The notes under the pieces: model-generated | The model's input: only the letters and a program-made list of their open reading frames with translations | Told to the model about the DNA's origin: nothing | The model's database searches: none | From: Bdellovibrionota bacterium | GTDB taxonomy: Bacteria > Bdellovibrionota_C > UBA2361 > OMII01 | Direction of reading: 5' to 3' | DNA: 59,822 nucleotides | Assembly: GCA_044360225.1 (NCBI GenBank) | Contig: JBIKKR010000002.1 | Span: forward strand, 1-59,822 | In this document: one piece after another, positions 52,891 to 59,822 of the stretch | Position numbering within the stretch: position 1 is the stretch's first letter | How the letters are laid out: each line of letters starts with the position of its first letter | Position numbers and translations under genes: made by a program

Positions 52891-53592
52891 TTGCAAATCG
52901 CTCTTTACGCGCGGGCAATAAAAAAATTGCGCTGTAAATGCTTGAGCTTTACGCCGCCCCCACCGAAACAACTCTCTGTGGAAATCGAACAAACTACTCT
53001 CTTTTGGTCGTTCATCGGGCTCACGGGCTCTTTTATTATCTTCTCGTGCGCTCTCTGGAGGTTAGCCCAACGCGATGCCGGTAAGCCGGGCTCATCAGCC
53101 ATGGTTCGCAGCAGAGCACGGGCATTTCACGAACGAGTGAGCCACTTCACCCTCCAGGTTCGCACCCTCGATGAACACGCCAATGAGTACACCTCAATAT
53201 TTAGCAGTGCGGATTGGGACTCGCTGGTGCAGACCGTATCAAGACTCGAGCAGGTCGACCGCCAGATCTCCGATCTGCTTCGTTCCAAGCGATTTGATTC
53301 CGCTTCGTCCCTGCTTGACGAGTTCCAGGGAACCAATAACTCAGACTTAGACACCATCCAGGAATCTCTCGATTCTTACCAAGCCAACCGAGGCTGGGAA
53401 GAGCATGTACACGGGATGCTCAAGCGCGTTGTGCAGAATCTTGAGGCGGCTTCCCATGAAACAAAGGAGCTTAGTCGCACCGTTACATCCCGCAAGCGAC
53501 AACCCACTCTCGTTACCCTTGCCGACGTCAAGAAATCGCTCCTCGAAGATGACGCGATTCGCAGAACAACGAGTAGAGCCACAAAACTGTAG
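52891..53592 (+). CDS. Hypothetical membrane-anchored coiled-coil protein
   Basis: One TM helix (TTLFWSFIGLTGSFIIFSCALW) is followed by helical heptad-like sequence. The start is uncertain (TTG or GTG candidates between 52891 and 52978). Confidence 0.4.
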   Translation: MQIALYARAIKKLRCKCLSFTPPPPKQLSVEIEQTTLFWSFIGLTGSFIIFSCALWRLAQRDAGKPGSSAMVRSRARAFHERVSHFTLQVRTLDEHANEYTSIFSSADWDSLVQTVSRLEQVDRQISDLLRSKRFDSASSLLDEFQGTNNSDLDTIQESLDSYQANRGWEEHVHGMLKRVVQNLEAASHETKELSRTVTSRKRQPTLVTLADVKKSLLEDDAIRRTTSRATKL

Positions 53593-53603
53593 AGAGCGAC
53601 TAA

Positions 53604-53779
53604 AAGCCATCTCAAAAATACCATGCAGGCGAGGCTCTGCGAGCTACGAGGGCGCGAGAATGCAGGCAGAAAACGTGCGCAGGTGTATCCGCTGCGATAC
53701 AGCGAGCACGTTTTCTCCCGAAGACGACGCGATCTCGTAGCGCAGCGAGCCGTAGCCCAGGGGATTTTTGAGATGGCTT
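53604..53779. repeat. 176-bp long imperfect hairpin between convergent genes
   Basis: The outer 16-bp stem pairs 53604-19 with 53764-79 (AAGCCATCTCAAAAAT / ATTTTTGAGATGGCTT). The middle stems are CTGCG..CTACGAG / CTCGTAG-CGCAG. The inner 11-bp stem is AGAAAACGTGC (53668-78) with GCACGTTTTCT (53706-16). Confidence 0.7.
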
Positions 53780-53797
53780 CTAGACCTTCGAAACGGG

Positions 53798-54460
53798 CTA
53801 GTACACCATTCTTGCGTGCTGTGCCGCTGACCAATAGACAGCGGCAACTGGTCCCATCACTCTCGCAACCGGAACAAAGGGCTTGCTCCAAAAGCGAGAA
53901 TCATAGGATTCATCCCGGTTATCGCCAAGCAGAAAGAGCTCTCCCTCCGGTACAGTAAACGAGGTCGCTTCATGCGCTGATGCGTGTATCGGCAATACGT
54001 ATGGCTCTCGAAGCAACTCTCCGTTAACGAAAACTGTATCACCGCGTAATGTCACAGTATCACCAGCGACTCCAATAACCCGCTTGACGAGCGCACGGCG
54101 AGACTCATCACCTGCTGTTGTAGGATCGTCCTCGCGATGAAACACAACCACCTTGCCGCGCTCCGGGGAGCCCCACTGCAAAACCGGTTCCTCCACAAAA
54201 GGCACGTGCAGGCCATACGCAAATTTCGGAACCACGATACAGTCATCCACCTGTAACGTAGGAGCCATCGATGATGATGGAACATAAAAGCTCTGCATCA
54301 CCGATGCCTGAACCACGAGCAGTACCACGGCAAGCGCCAACAGCACCCCAACACACCAGAGCGCGCACCTCGAGAGATCAGGCGCATAATACCCTCCGTA
54401 ACGAGGGACGACAAACTGAGAATAGACCGGTCGCTCTACATGCGTACGAATCGCGTTCAT
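53798..54460 (-). CDS. lepB: Signal peptidase I
   Basis: Catalytic Ser box SSSMAPTL, Lys box KRVIGVAGDTV, and GDNRDESYDSRFW. Confidence 0.85.
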   Translation of the reverse strand: MNAIRTHVERPVYSQFVVPRYGGYYAPDLSRCALWCVGVLLALAVVLLVVQASVMQSFYVPSSSMAPTLQVDDCIVVPKFAYGLHVPFVEEPVLQWGSPERGKVVVFHREDDPTTAGDESRRALVKRVIGVAGDTVTLRGDTVFVNGELLREPYVLPIHASAHEATSFTVPEGELFLLGDNRDESYDSRFWSKPFVPVARVMGPVAAVYWSAAQHARMVY

Positions 54461-54676
54461 GCTCGCTCCAGCAAACCTAGCTACGCACTAACTGCTTGTG
54501 TTGGGGGAGCCTACTCTCTTCACTCACTTCCAGATGGGAAGTCCGCCAGGACGACGGTAAAACCGGCTCTGGGGCCAAGGATCGGACAAGCGCGATTACT
54601 ACGCAAACACTCCTCTTAACCTCACGATTAGAGAGATCTCAAACGAACAGCTTGCGCCTAAACGAGACACTACAAC

Positions 54677-55192
54677 TTAGTCGAAACGAGCAAGCTCTGC
54701 TTCAATACGCGCCCTGAGTTCGGGGCTGACCGATTGTGATTGGGCTTCAACAGGCTCCGCTGGTCGAGCATTTGCTCCACTTGCTCCATCTGATCGCTTG
54801 CCGCGAGCGATTACGAGAGCCACGATCGAACCCAAGGCGAGAAACAGAACCGGAGCCCACCACACAAGTCGGCCAAAACCCGCGTACTGGGGCACTGCGC
54901 GATACTGGTCTCCATACTGCTGAAAGACCTGCTCAAGGACGACTTCGGCCGGAACTCCTTGTTCAAGCTTCTGACGCATCTCCTCCTTCAGGTCGTGAGC
55001 TTTCGAACTAGGGCAATCATTCAGTGAGCGCCCGGGACAGAATGGACTAAACACCTGCTGGTAGATCTGGTTAGCGTGACGATCGAGCTCCTCTTGCGAG
55101 AGCTGGGCATTGGCCAATCCACTAACCAGCGAGGCTACCAGCACGAGCACCCATGTCGAGACCTTTAGGAGACGAAACGTGCCGCAGGTCAT
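54677..55192 (-). CDS. ccmH: CcmH/NrfF-like cytochrome c maturation protein with atypical Cys spacing
   Basis: A signal sequence is followed by FCPGRSLNDCPSSKAHDLKEEMRQKLEQG....YGDQY...P......LVWWAP and a TM helix. This is collinear with CcmH, but CPxC is replaced by C-x7-C. Its start overlaps the pyrE stop (ATGA). Confidence 0.55.
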   Translation of the reverse strand: MTCGTFRLLKVSTWVLVLVASLVSGLANAQLSQEELDRHANQIYQQVFSPFCPGRSLNDCPSSKAHDLKEEMRQKLEQGVPAEVVLEQVFQQYGDQYRAVPQYAGFGRLVWWAPVLFLALGSIVALVIARGKRSDGASGANARPAEPVEAQSQSVSPELRARIEAELARFD

Positions 55193-55869
55193 CGAGCACC
55201 GTACTCCTGACGGTAGGCAAGGATGCGTTGCTGTAACTCTGGCGTAATCTGAAAACCTGAAGAATTTGGCTCAGAGAGATACGAGATTATCGTATTGATG
55301 TTCACTATCGGGGTCACCGAAATACCTAAATCACGCTCAGCTTCTTGAACCGCTGAGAGCTCGCCCCCGCCACGCTCATCGCGATCTACCAAAATGATCA
55401 CTCCAGCAATCTGCACCCCAACCTTGTCGCGCAATAGCGGCACTATCTCTTGGAGAGTTGTGCCAGCAGTCACTACATCCTCAACAAGCACGACACGCAT
55501 CCCCGCCCTAAGGGGCTTGCCAACGAATTCGCCCCCCTCTCCGCGCGTCTTTGCCTCCTTGCGATTAAAACAGAACCCCACAGAGGCCCCGAAATCCTGC
55601 GAGAGGCTCATCGCTGTGGCAACGCACAACGGAATCCCCTTATATGCAGGACCAAACACAGCGTCAACATTTTGGAGACCTAACGACACGATCTGTTGCG
55701 CATAGAACCGTGCCAGCTTCGATATTTTGGCACCATCGTCGAAACTCCCAGTATTAATAAAGTATGGCGCCTTTCGACCAGACTTCAGGGTGAAATCTCC
55801 GAATGTAAGCGCTCCACTTTGAACCAGAAAATCGACCACCTGGCCCGACTGTGCCCCTTGATTGTTCAT
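55189..55869 (-). CDS. pyrE: Orotate phosphoribosyltransferase
   Basis: I prefer ATG 55869 (MNNQGAQ). The pattern GDFTLKSGRKAPYFIN and the PRPP loop VLVEDVVTAGTT are present. Confidence 0.85.
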   Translation of the reverse strand: MNNQGAQSGQVVDFLVQSGALTFGDFTLKSGRKAPYFINTGSFDDGAKISKLARFYAQQIVSLGLQNVDAVFGPAYKGIPLCVATAMSLSQDFGASVGFCFNRKEAKTRGEGGEFVGKPLRAGMRVVLVEDVVTAGTTLQEIVPLLRDKVGVQIAGVIILVDRDERGGGELSAVQEAERDLGISVTPIVNINTIISYLSEPNSSGFQITPELQQRILAYRQEYGAR

Positions 55870-55892
55870 AACCTTCTCCCCGCTGAATACTA

Positions 55893-56867
55893 CTATCCGA
55901 CGATTATTCCTCGCCTGCCGGCGCACACCACTTCATCGCCCTCTTTATACTTACCAGCACTTACGAGTGCAAACAAATACACAGTATCAATCCTCGAAAC
56001 ATTCCCTACGCCGACCACCTTACCGAGTGGTGCGGCTGCGGGGGTTGCAATCGGCTCGCCCGGAACCACCGCACCAGCCCCTTCAAGCGCAACCCTCACA
56101 AGCGTACGGGGAACACGCCCAATAGCATCGCTGCGTTCGACAACCTCCTGTCCAACATAGCAGCCCTTGCTAAACGAAACGGCATCACGCAAACCAAACT
56201 CAAGGACCATGCCAAGTTCGTTGATTTCATCCGGAAAAACGGGGTAGCCAGCTTTCCAGCGCAGGTAATCGTATCGCTCACGAGACAATCCCTCTCCGAG
56301 ACTCGCTGCTAGCTTGCCAGAGACATATTCTTTATCGGCGCTATCAATCACCAGATCACACCCCTGATCGCTGATACGTGCGTTCACAATACGACAGACA
56401 CTCCGCAACCCTGTCCGCGCAAGAACCTGCGCTACGACCCCGTCGTCTGCGGCAACGTGTACGAGACAAACCTGTTTCGATAGATCATCACAAACTACTC
56501 TGTCTGCGACGACAAACCTCGTGAGCGCCGCCTGCACGACGCGAGGATCTCCACCATCACACACCAGGAGGAATCTATCGTCACTCTCACAAACTACCGA
56601 GAATAATCCCTCCACACGACCCTGCGCAGAGAGCGCCGCAGCACGGGCACTCTGCCCCGGTATAAGCACACGAATATCCTGAGAGAGGCGATTGTGGAGA
56701 TAACGCCTCGCATCTTTACCAGAAACGCGCACGCATAGAGCGTTATACAGAACAATCCAGGGAGTAGTCAGAACCACGGCCCACTCATCGGATACGGGTG
56801 AAGATTCGGGAAAAGCTATCCCACGACCAAAATATGACAACAGCCTTTCCCTTGATGCGTTTAACAT
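55893..56867 (-). CDS. ygfZ: YgfZ/GcvT-like folate-binding protein
   Basis: It carries the family motif SFSKGCYVGQEVVERS. The start is uncertain: ATG 56867 overlaps lepB by 83 nt, and alternatives are TTG 56840 and GTG 56777. The ORF-track start at 57026 is implausible. Confidence 0.7.
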   Translation of the reverse strand: MLNASRERLLSYFGRGIAFPESSPVSDEWAVVLTTPWIVLYNALCVRVSGKDARRYLHNRLSQDIRVLIPGQSARAAALSAQGRVEGLFSVVCESDDRFLLVCDGGDPRVVQAALTRFVVADRVVCDDLSKQVCLVHVAADDGVVAQVLARTGLRSVCRIVNARISDQGCDLVIDSADKEYVSGKLAASLGEGLSRERYDYLRWKAGYPVFPDEINELGMVLEFGLRDAVSFSKGCYVGQEVVERSDAIGRVPRTLVRVALEGAGAVVPGEPIATPAAAPLGKVVGVGNVSRIDTVYLFALVSAGKYKEGDEVVCAGRRGIIVG

Positions 56868-57444
56868 CGAGGAAAGGGTCGGTCCAGAAACGAGAGTCCT
56901 TAGAGTTATCACGGTTATCTCCGAGCAGGATAACGTGCCCAAGCGGCACGGTCTTGGGGCCGAAATTACCCTCGAACTTCCCCCCCTCCGTCCACCGAGC
57001 ATAGGGCTCATTGAGAGGCTTCCCATTTATTAGAACCTGCGCTCCTCGAACCTCAACAGTCTCTCCCTCAAGCCCCACAACACGCTTTATGATATGCAGC
57101 TCCGAATCATCCTCGTCAGGAGTGTTTGGATCATCCGGCCTGGTAAATACTACCACGTCGCCACGCACAGGCTTATGCCACATAACAACTGAATCAGTCG
57201 TTAAGGGCATGCGCAGCCCATACCAAAACTTCAACACCAAGATGAAATCTCCAACTTGGAGTGTTGGGATCATCGAGCCTGAGGGTATCTTAAACGGCTC
57301 AACAGCGGTCACCCGAATGGCAAATGCCAATCCGAGGATGACAATTAACGTTCTAAAAAAGGCGACGATCTCACCCCATGCGCTGGTTGGCGATCCGCCT
57401 TGAGCGTCGATTGGAGGGCGATCTTTTGCTGCACTGTGCGACAT
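56785..57444 (-). CDS. lepB: Signal peptidase I (second paralogue)
   Basis: I prefer ATG 57444 (MSHSAAKD). Ser box PSGSMIPTL, Lys box KRVVGLEGETV, and GDNRDNSKDSRFW. Confidence 0.85.
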   Translation of the reverse strand: MSHSAAKDRPPIDAQGGSPTSAWGEIVAFFRTLIVILGLAFAIRVTAVEPFKIPSGSMIPTLQVGDFILVLKFWYGLRMPLTTDSVVMWHKPVRGDVVVFTRPDDPNTPDEDDSELHIIKRVVGLEGETVEVRGAQVLINGKPLNEPYARWTEGGKFEGNFGPKTVPLGHVILLGDNRDNSKDSRFWTDPFLDVKRIKGKAVVIFWSWDSFSRIFTRIR

Positions 57445-57550
57445 GTTGCCTACTGTACAGAAAAACCAGCGCCAGCACACTACTCTAGAAAGCAAAAAAG
57501 CCGCCTAGACCATCGGTCCTGAGCGGCTCTTCGCGGTTTACGGCAGACGT

Positions 57551-57877
57551 CTATGCGGCAAACCCCTGTCGCTTACCAAACACCACCGTACTGCAATCCA
57601 CCTCAATTCCAGGATCCTTGGCAGTGATCGTGGACACGAAGATACCCGGCTCAAAGGCGCGCTCCTTGAGCAGCTCAACCTTGCTCGCATCCGGTATAGT
57701 CATGGTTGCCTTGATAGAGAAATTTATCTCAACTATTACATGACCTGGAGTGTCGTCGATTATCTTTGTAATCATACCGTACAGCGGGTATGTCGTTCCA
57801 ACCTCCACATCTCCGAACTGGACCTCACAGCCAAACTTTTCGAAAAAATTGGGAGCTTTTGACTCGTTGCTATCCAT
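57551..57877 (-). CDS. Hypothetical 108-aa protein
   Basis: Clean ATG ORF with a compact, non-repetitive sequence. I do not recognise a family. Confidence 0.5.
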   Translation of the reverse strand: MDSNESKAPNFFEKFGCEVQFGDVEVGTTYPLYGMITKIIDDTPGHVIVEINFSIKATMTIPDASKVELLKERAFEPGIFVSTITAKDPGIEVDCSTVVFGKRQGFAA

Positions 57878-58019
57878 TTTGTCACCACTTAAAAAAGATT
57901 ACATACCCTAGCAGCGCCTTATACACTCCTATCCGAGGCAGCGCGCAGTATGCTTCACTAGAAATCAGGCACGGGGGCGACACGCGCCCCTGGTCTACCA
58001 GACACCCGTAAGCACCTAC

Positions 58020-58087
58020 CGCTATGTGGATCCTTACTAGAACTTCCAGCAGTTTCGAGTAGATGGCGGGAGAACTGCGATACCCTG
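58020..58087 (+). repeat. Family-1 element, right-portion fragment
   Basis: CGCTATGTGGATCCTTACTAGAACTTCCAGCAGTTTCGAGTAGATGGCGGGAGAACTGCGATACCCTG aligns with 23155-23222 and 24686-24753. Confidence 0.65.
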
Positions 58088-58179
58088 CCGAAAAATAATA
58101 TCTCTTTCTCCCCAATACCCCCCTTTGGTACACTAGTGAAAGGTTTTGTTTTCAGACTGTTTTTTGGAGGGATTTAGCA

Positions 58180-59379
58180 ATGATTCGGATTCCATGCCCG
58201 CGCTCCCGCCTTCTGCTCGCACTTCTCCTTGTATTCAATGTAGTCACGGCGCGGCGCTCCCTAGCAGCCCCCTCACAGCGTGGATTCTTAATACCTCTTG
58301 AGTCGATCTCCTCAGAATCTCTCGATGAGATCAAGAACAACTGGAAGGCCAACGTTCTGCGAATTCAGATCGGTAATAACCTGCAGATGGATGGCGCTTC
58401 TGGAGCAGCATACGATGCGATGCTCGAAGAGCGATTCTCCCTGCTCGACCAAAAGCTGCCCCTAATTACAGAAAAGGGTTTTAAGATTATCTTCTGCCTA
58501 CACTCGCCTCCAGGAGGCTTTTTAACTCGTGAACCGCCATCGCACTACCGAATGTACTCGGAGCCGGCTCTACAAGAGGAGTACATCAATACGTGGAAGC
58601 AGATCGTGACTCGCTACGGCACACACCCAGCGATCTACGCGTTTGATATTGAGAATGAGCCTGCTATGCGCAAATCGCTCGTGGCGAGCGGGGCCCGTCC
58701 GTGGAACGACCTCGTTGTTGATGTGATCGCTGCGATTCGGCAGATACACCCCACCGTGCCGCTTATCGTCAAATCACTCTACGGAGATCCGTCTAAGCTC
58801 GCATCACTTCCGGCGATAAACGACACAAATATCATCTATGCTTACAACTCGTATCTCTACAACAGCTATCAACACACCGGCGTAAACACGGCTCCATTCT
58901 CCATTTCCCGCCCCTCCGACGAAGCAATTATGCAGAATCTGCGCCGACGAGTCAGTCCGTTCTTCTTCACGCAGTATACCAGGGCCCAAAAGAAGCAGAT
59001 ACCCGCTGCCGCGTACCCTCCGAAACTGATCGTTGGAGAAGTTGCAGTCTCGGCCTGCGCTCTAGAATCGGGCCAATTTCTCGCTGGACTTATCGCAGCA
59101 CTTGAAACAAACGATTCTGCGATATCGGAACGTAGGCGCGCACGAGCGCTCAGCAAGTGGCGCAACGGTCGTCGGCGTAACCGCAAGCTGAAAAAACCCG
59201 TCTTCACTGCGGCGGACTTCTTCCTCGATGTCCAGCATGCAGGGTACGCTAGCCATGCCTACGGCGAGTCTCAATTCTGGGATCCTCGGTTCTCGTGTGA
59301 CTCCTCTGGTAACCTTACTCAATCGACATCGGATACCGATAGAGCGATCGTGATCAAGGGGGCAATGAGCAGAAATTAA
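58180..59379 (+). CDS. Secreted glycoside hydrolase family 5-like enzyme
   Basis: The ATG follows GGAGGG and a signal peptide is present. The acid/base context is FDIENEP and the candidate nucleophile context is LIVGEVAV. The C-terminal ~100 aa are a basic extension. Confidence 0.6.
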   Translation: MIRIPCPRSRLLLALLLVFNVVTARRSLAAPSQRGFLIPLESISSESLDEIKNNWKANVLRIQIGNNLQMDGASGAAYDAMLEERFSLLDQKLPLITEKGFKIIFCLHSPPGGFLTREPPSHYRMYSEPALQEEYINTWKQIVTRYGTHPAIYAFDIENEPAMRKSLVASGARPWNDLVVDVIAAIRQIHPTVPLIVKSLYGDPSKLASLPAINDTNIIYAYNSYLYNSYQHTGVNTAPFSISRPSDEAIMQNLRRRVSPFFFTQYTRAQKKQIPAAAYPPKLIVGEVAVSACALESGQFLAGLIAALETNDSAISERRRARALSKWRNGRRRNRKLKKPVFTAADFFLDVQHAGYASHAYGESQFWDPRFSCDSSGNLTQSTSDTDRAIVIKGAMSRN

Positions 59380-59444
59380 TCCGAGTGACATAGTGTCGTC
59401 GACCCACGCCTTCCGGTAGACTCCTATCGCACGTTTTCGTTTGT

Positions 59445-59708
59445 ATGCGACACACTCAAAACAACCTATTTCTACTTATCGCTCTTATTGCTCCTGGCAT
59501 CATTGGCTGCCTAGGCGAACGCGTGGCAGACGGCTGCATAATGGTCAAAAACGATTCGCAGGACCGCAGCTACAACACCATCTCTGTGTCTGGAGGTGGC
59601 AAATATGGATCGCTACGACCTGGTGAAAAGCTTGTGCTACCCCCCGGTACGAAGACCTTCTCCGTAGAGCGTCGCTACAGAGACTTCACACGATCATATA
59701 GTAGGTAA
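59445..59708 (+). CDS. Small lipoprotein
   Basis: 87 aa with a signal peptide carrying the lipobox APGIIGC. Confidence 0.55.
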   Translation: MRHTQNNLFLLIALIAPGIIGCLGERVADGCIMVKNDSQDRSYNTISVSGGGKYGSLRPGEKLVLPPGTKTFSVERRYRDFTRSYSR

Positions 59709-59723
59709 CATAATTTAGTTGAT

Positions 59724-59766
59724 ACGCTAGTCAAAAAAAGAGGCTAGCGTTTTAGTATCTTTTTTG
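59724..59766 (+). terminator. Possible intrinsic terminator
   Basis: A 7-bp stem, ACGCTAG (59724-30) with CTAGCGT (59744-50), is followed by TTTAGTATCTTTTTT. The loop is long (13 nt). Confidence 0.35.
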
Positions 59767-59822
59767 AGCGCGGACAACGCAGTCTTGGCTTTTTGCCGAA
59801 GCTCGATCTTGTTTCTGGCTTG

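Noticed and set aside
36623-57495. N-terminal extensions given by the ORF track (pgi to 36703, lyase-fold gene to 40920, nhaD to 24642, pyrE to 55926, lepB to 57495, ygfZ to 57026)
   Set aside because: The extensions are Arg/Cys/Trp-rich junk, or they run into repeats or upstream genes. In each case an internal ATG is followed by a family-typical N-terminus or a signal peptide.

Overview
59.8-kb chromosomal segment from an unidentified bacterium that looks diderm (a tripartite-pump adaptor with a lipobox, a CcmH-like protein, lipoprotein signals). Two core 60-nt lines counted by hand (8581-8640 and 45001-45060) each have 35/60 G+C. I can support about 46 protein genes, mostly on the minus strand, and one tRNA-Arg(CCG). 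I found no rRNA, CRISPR array, transposase or integrase.

Gene content in order:
- oleA-oleBC-oleD long-chain olefin cluster, with OleB and OleC fused
- a roughly 1600-aa NAD-glutamate dehydrogenase
- a fliS-headed block of very large multidomain methyltransferase, glycosyltransferase and TPR proteins. This is my top candidate for an undescribed system, namely flagellin or surface glycosylation.
- proC-yggX, an ECF sigma factor, yaeQ and nhaD
- tpx plus a MacAB/Dev-like ABC exporter whose ATPase and permease genes are separated by about 0.5 kb of repeats
- an AT-rich islet beside tRNA-Arg, carrying a nucleotidyltransferase-fold two-gene module, a frameshifted 2OG-oxygenase and a ypfJ-like peptidase
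- an SLC13 transporter, pgi and a phospholipid-methyltransferase-like gene
- an internally duplicated pectate-lyase-fold protein, a GT-C glycosyltransferase and pssA
- a degenerate UvrA-like protein
- a DUF58-transglutaminase-TPR-MoxR cluster
- two lepB paralogues around ccmH-like, pyrE and ygfZ
- a GH5 hydrolase

The intergenic DNA is unusually rich in repeats. There are at least three dispersed families: a 151-bp MITE-like element with terminal inverted repeats and 10-bp flanking duplications, a 185-bp palindromic element with solo arms, and a roughly 140-bp hairpin-containing element. There are also unique long palindromes.

All functional calls come from motif and family recognition by eye. 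No searches were run. Start codons are approximate, because the ORF track also uses GTG and TTG starts.
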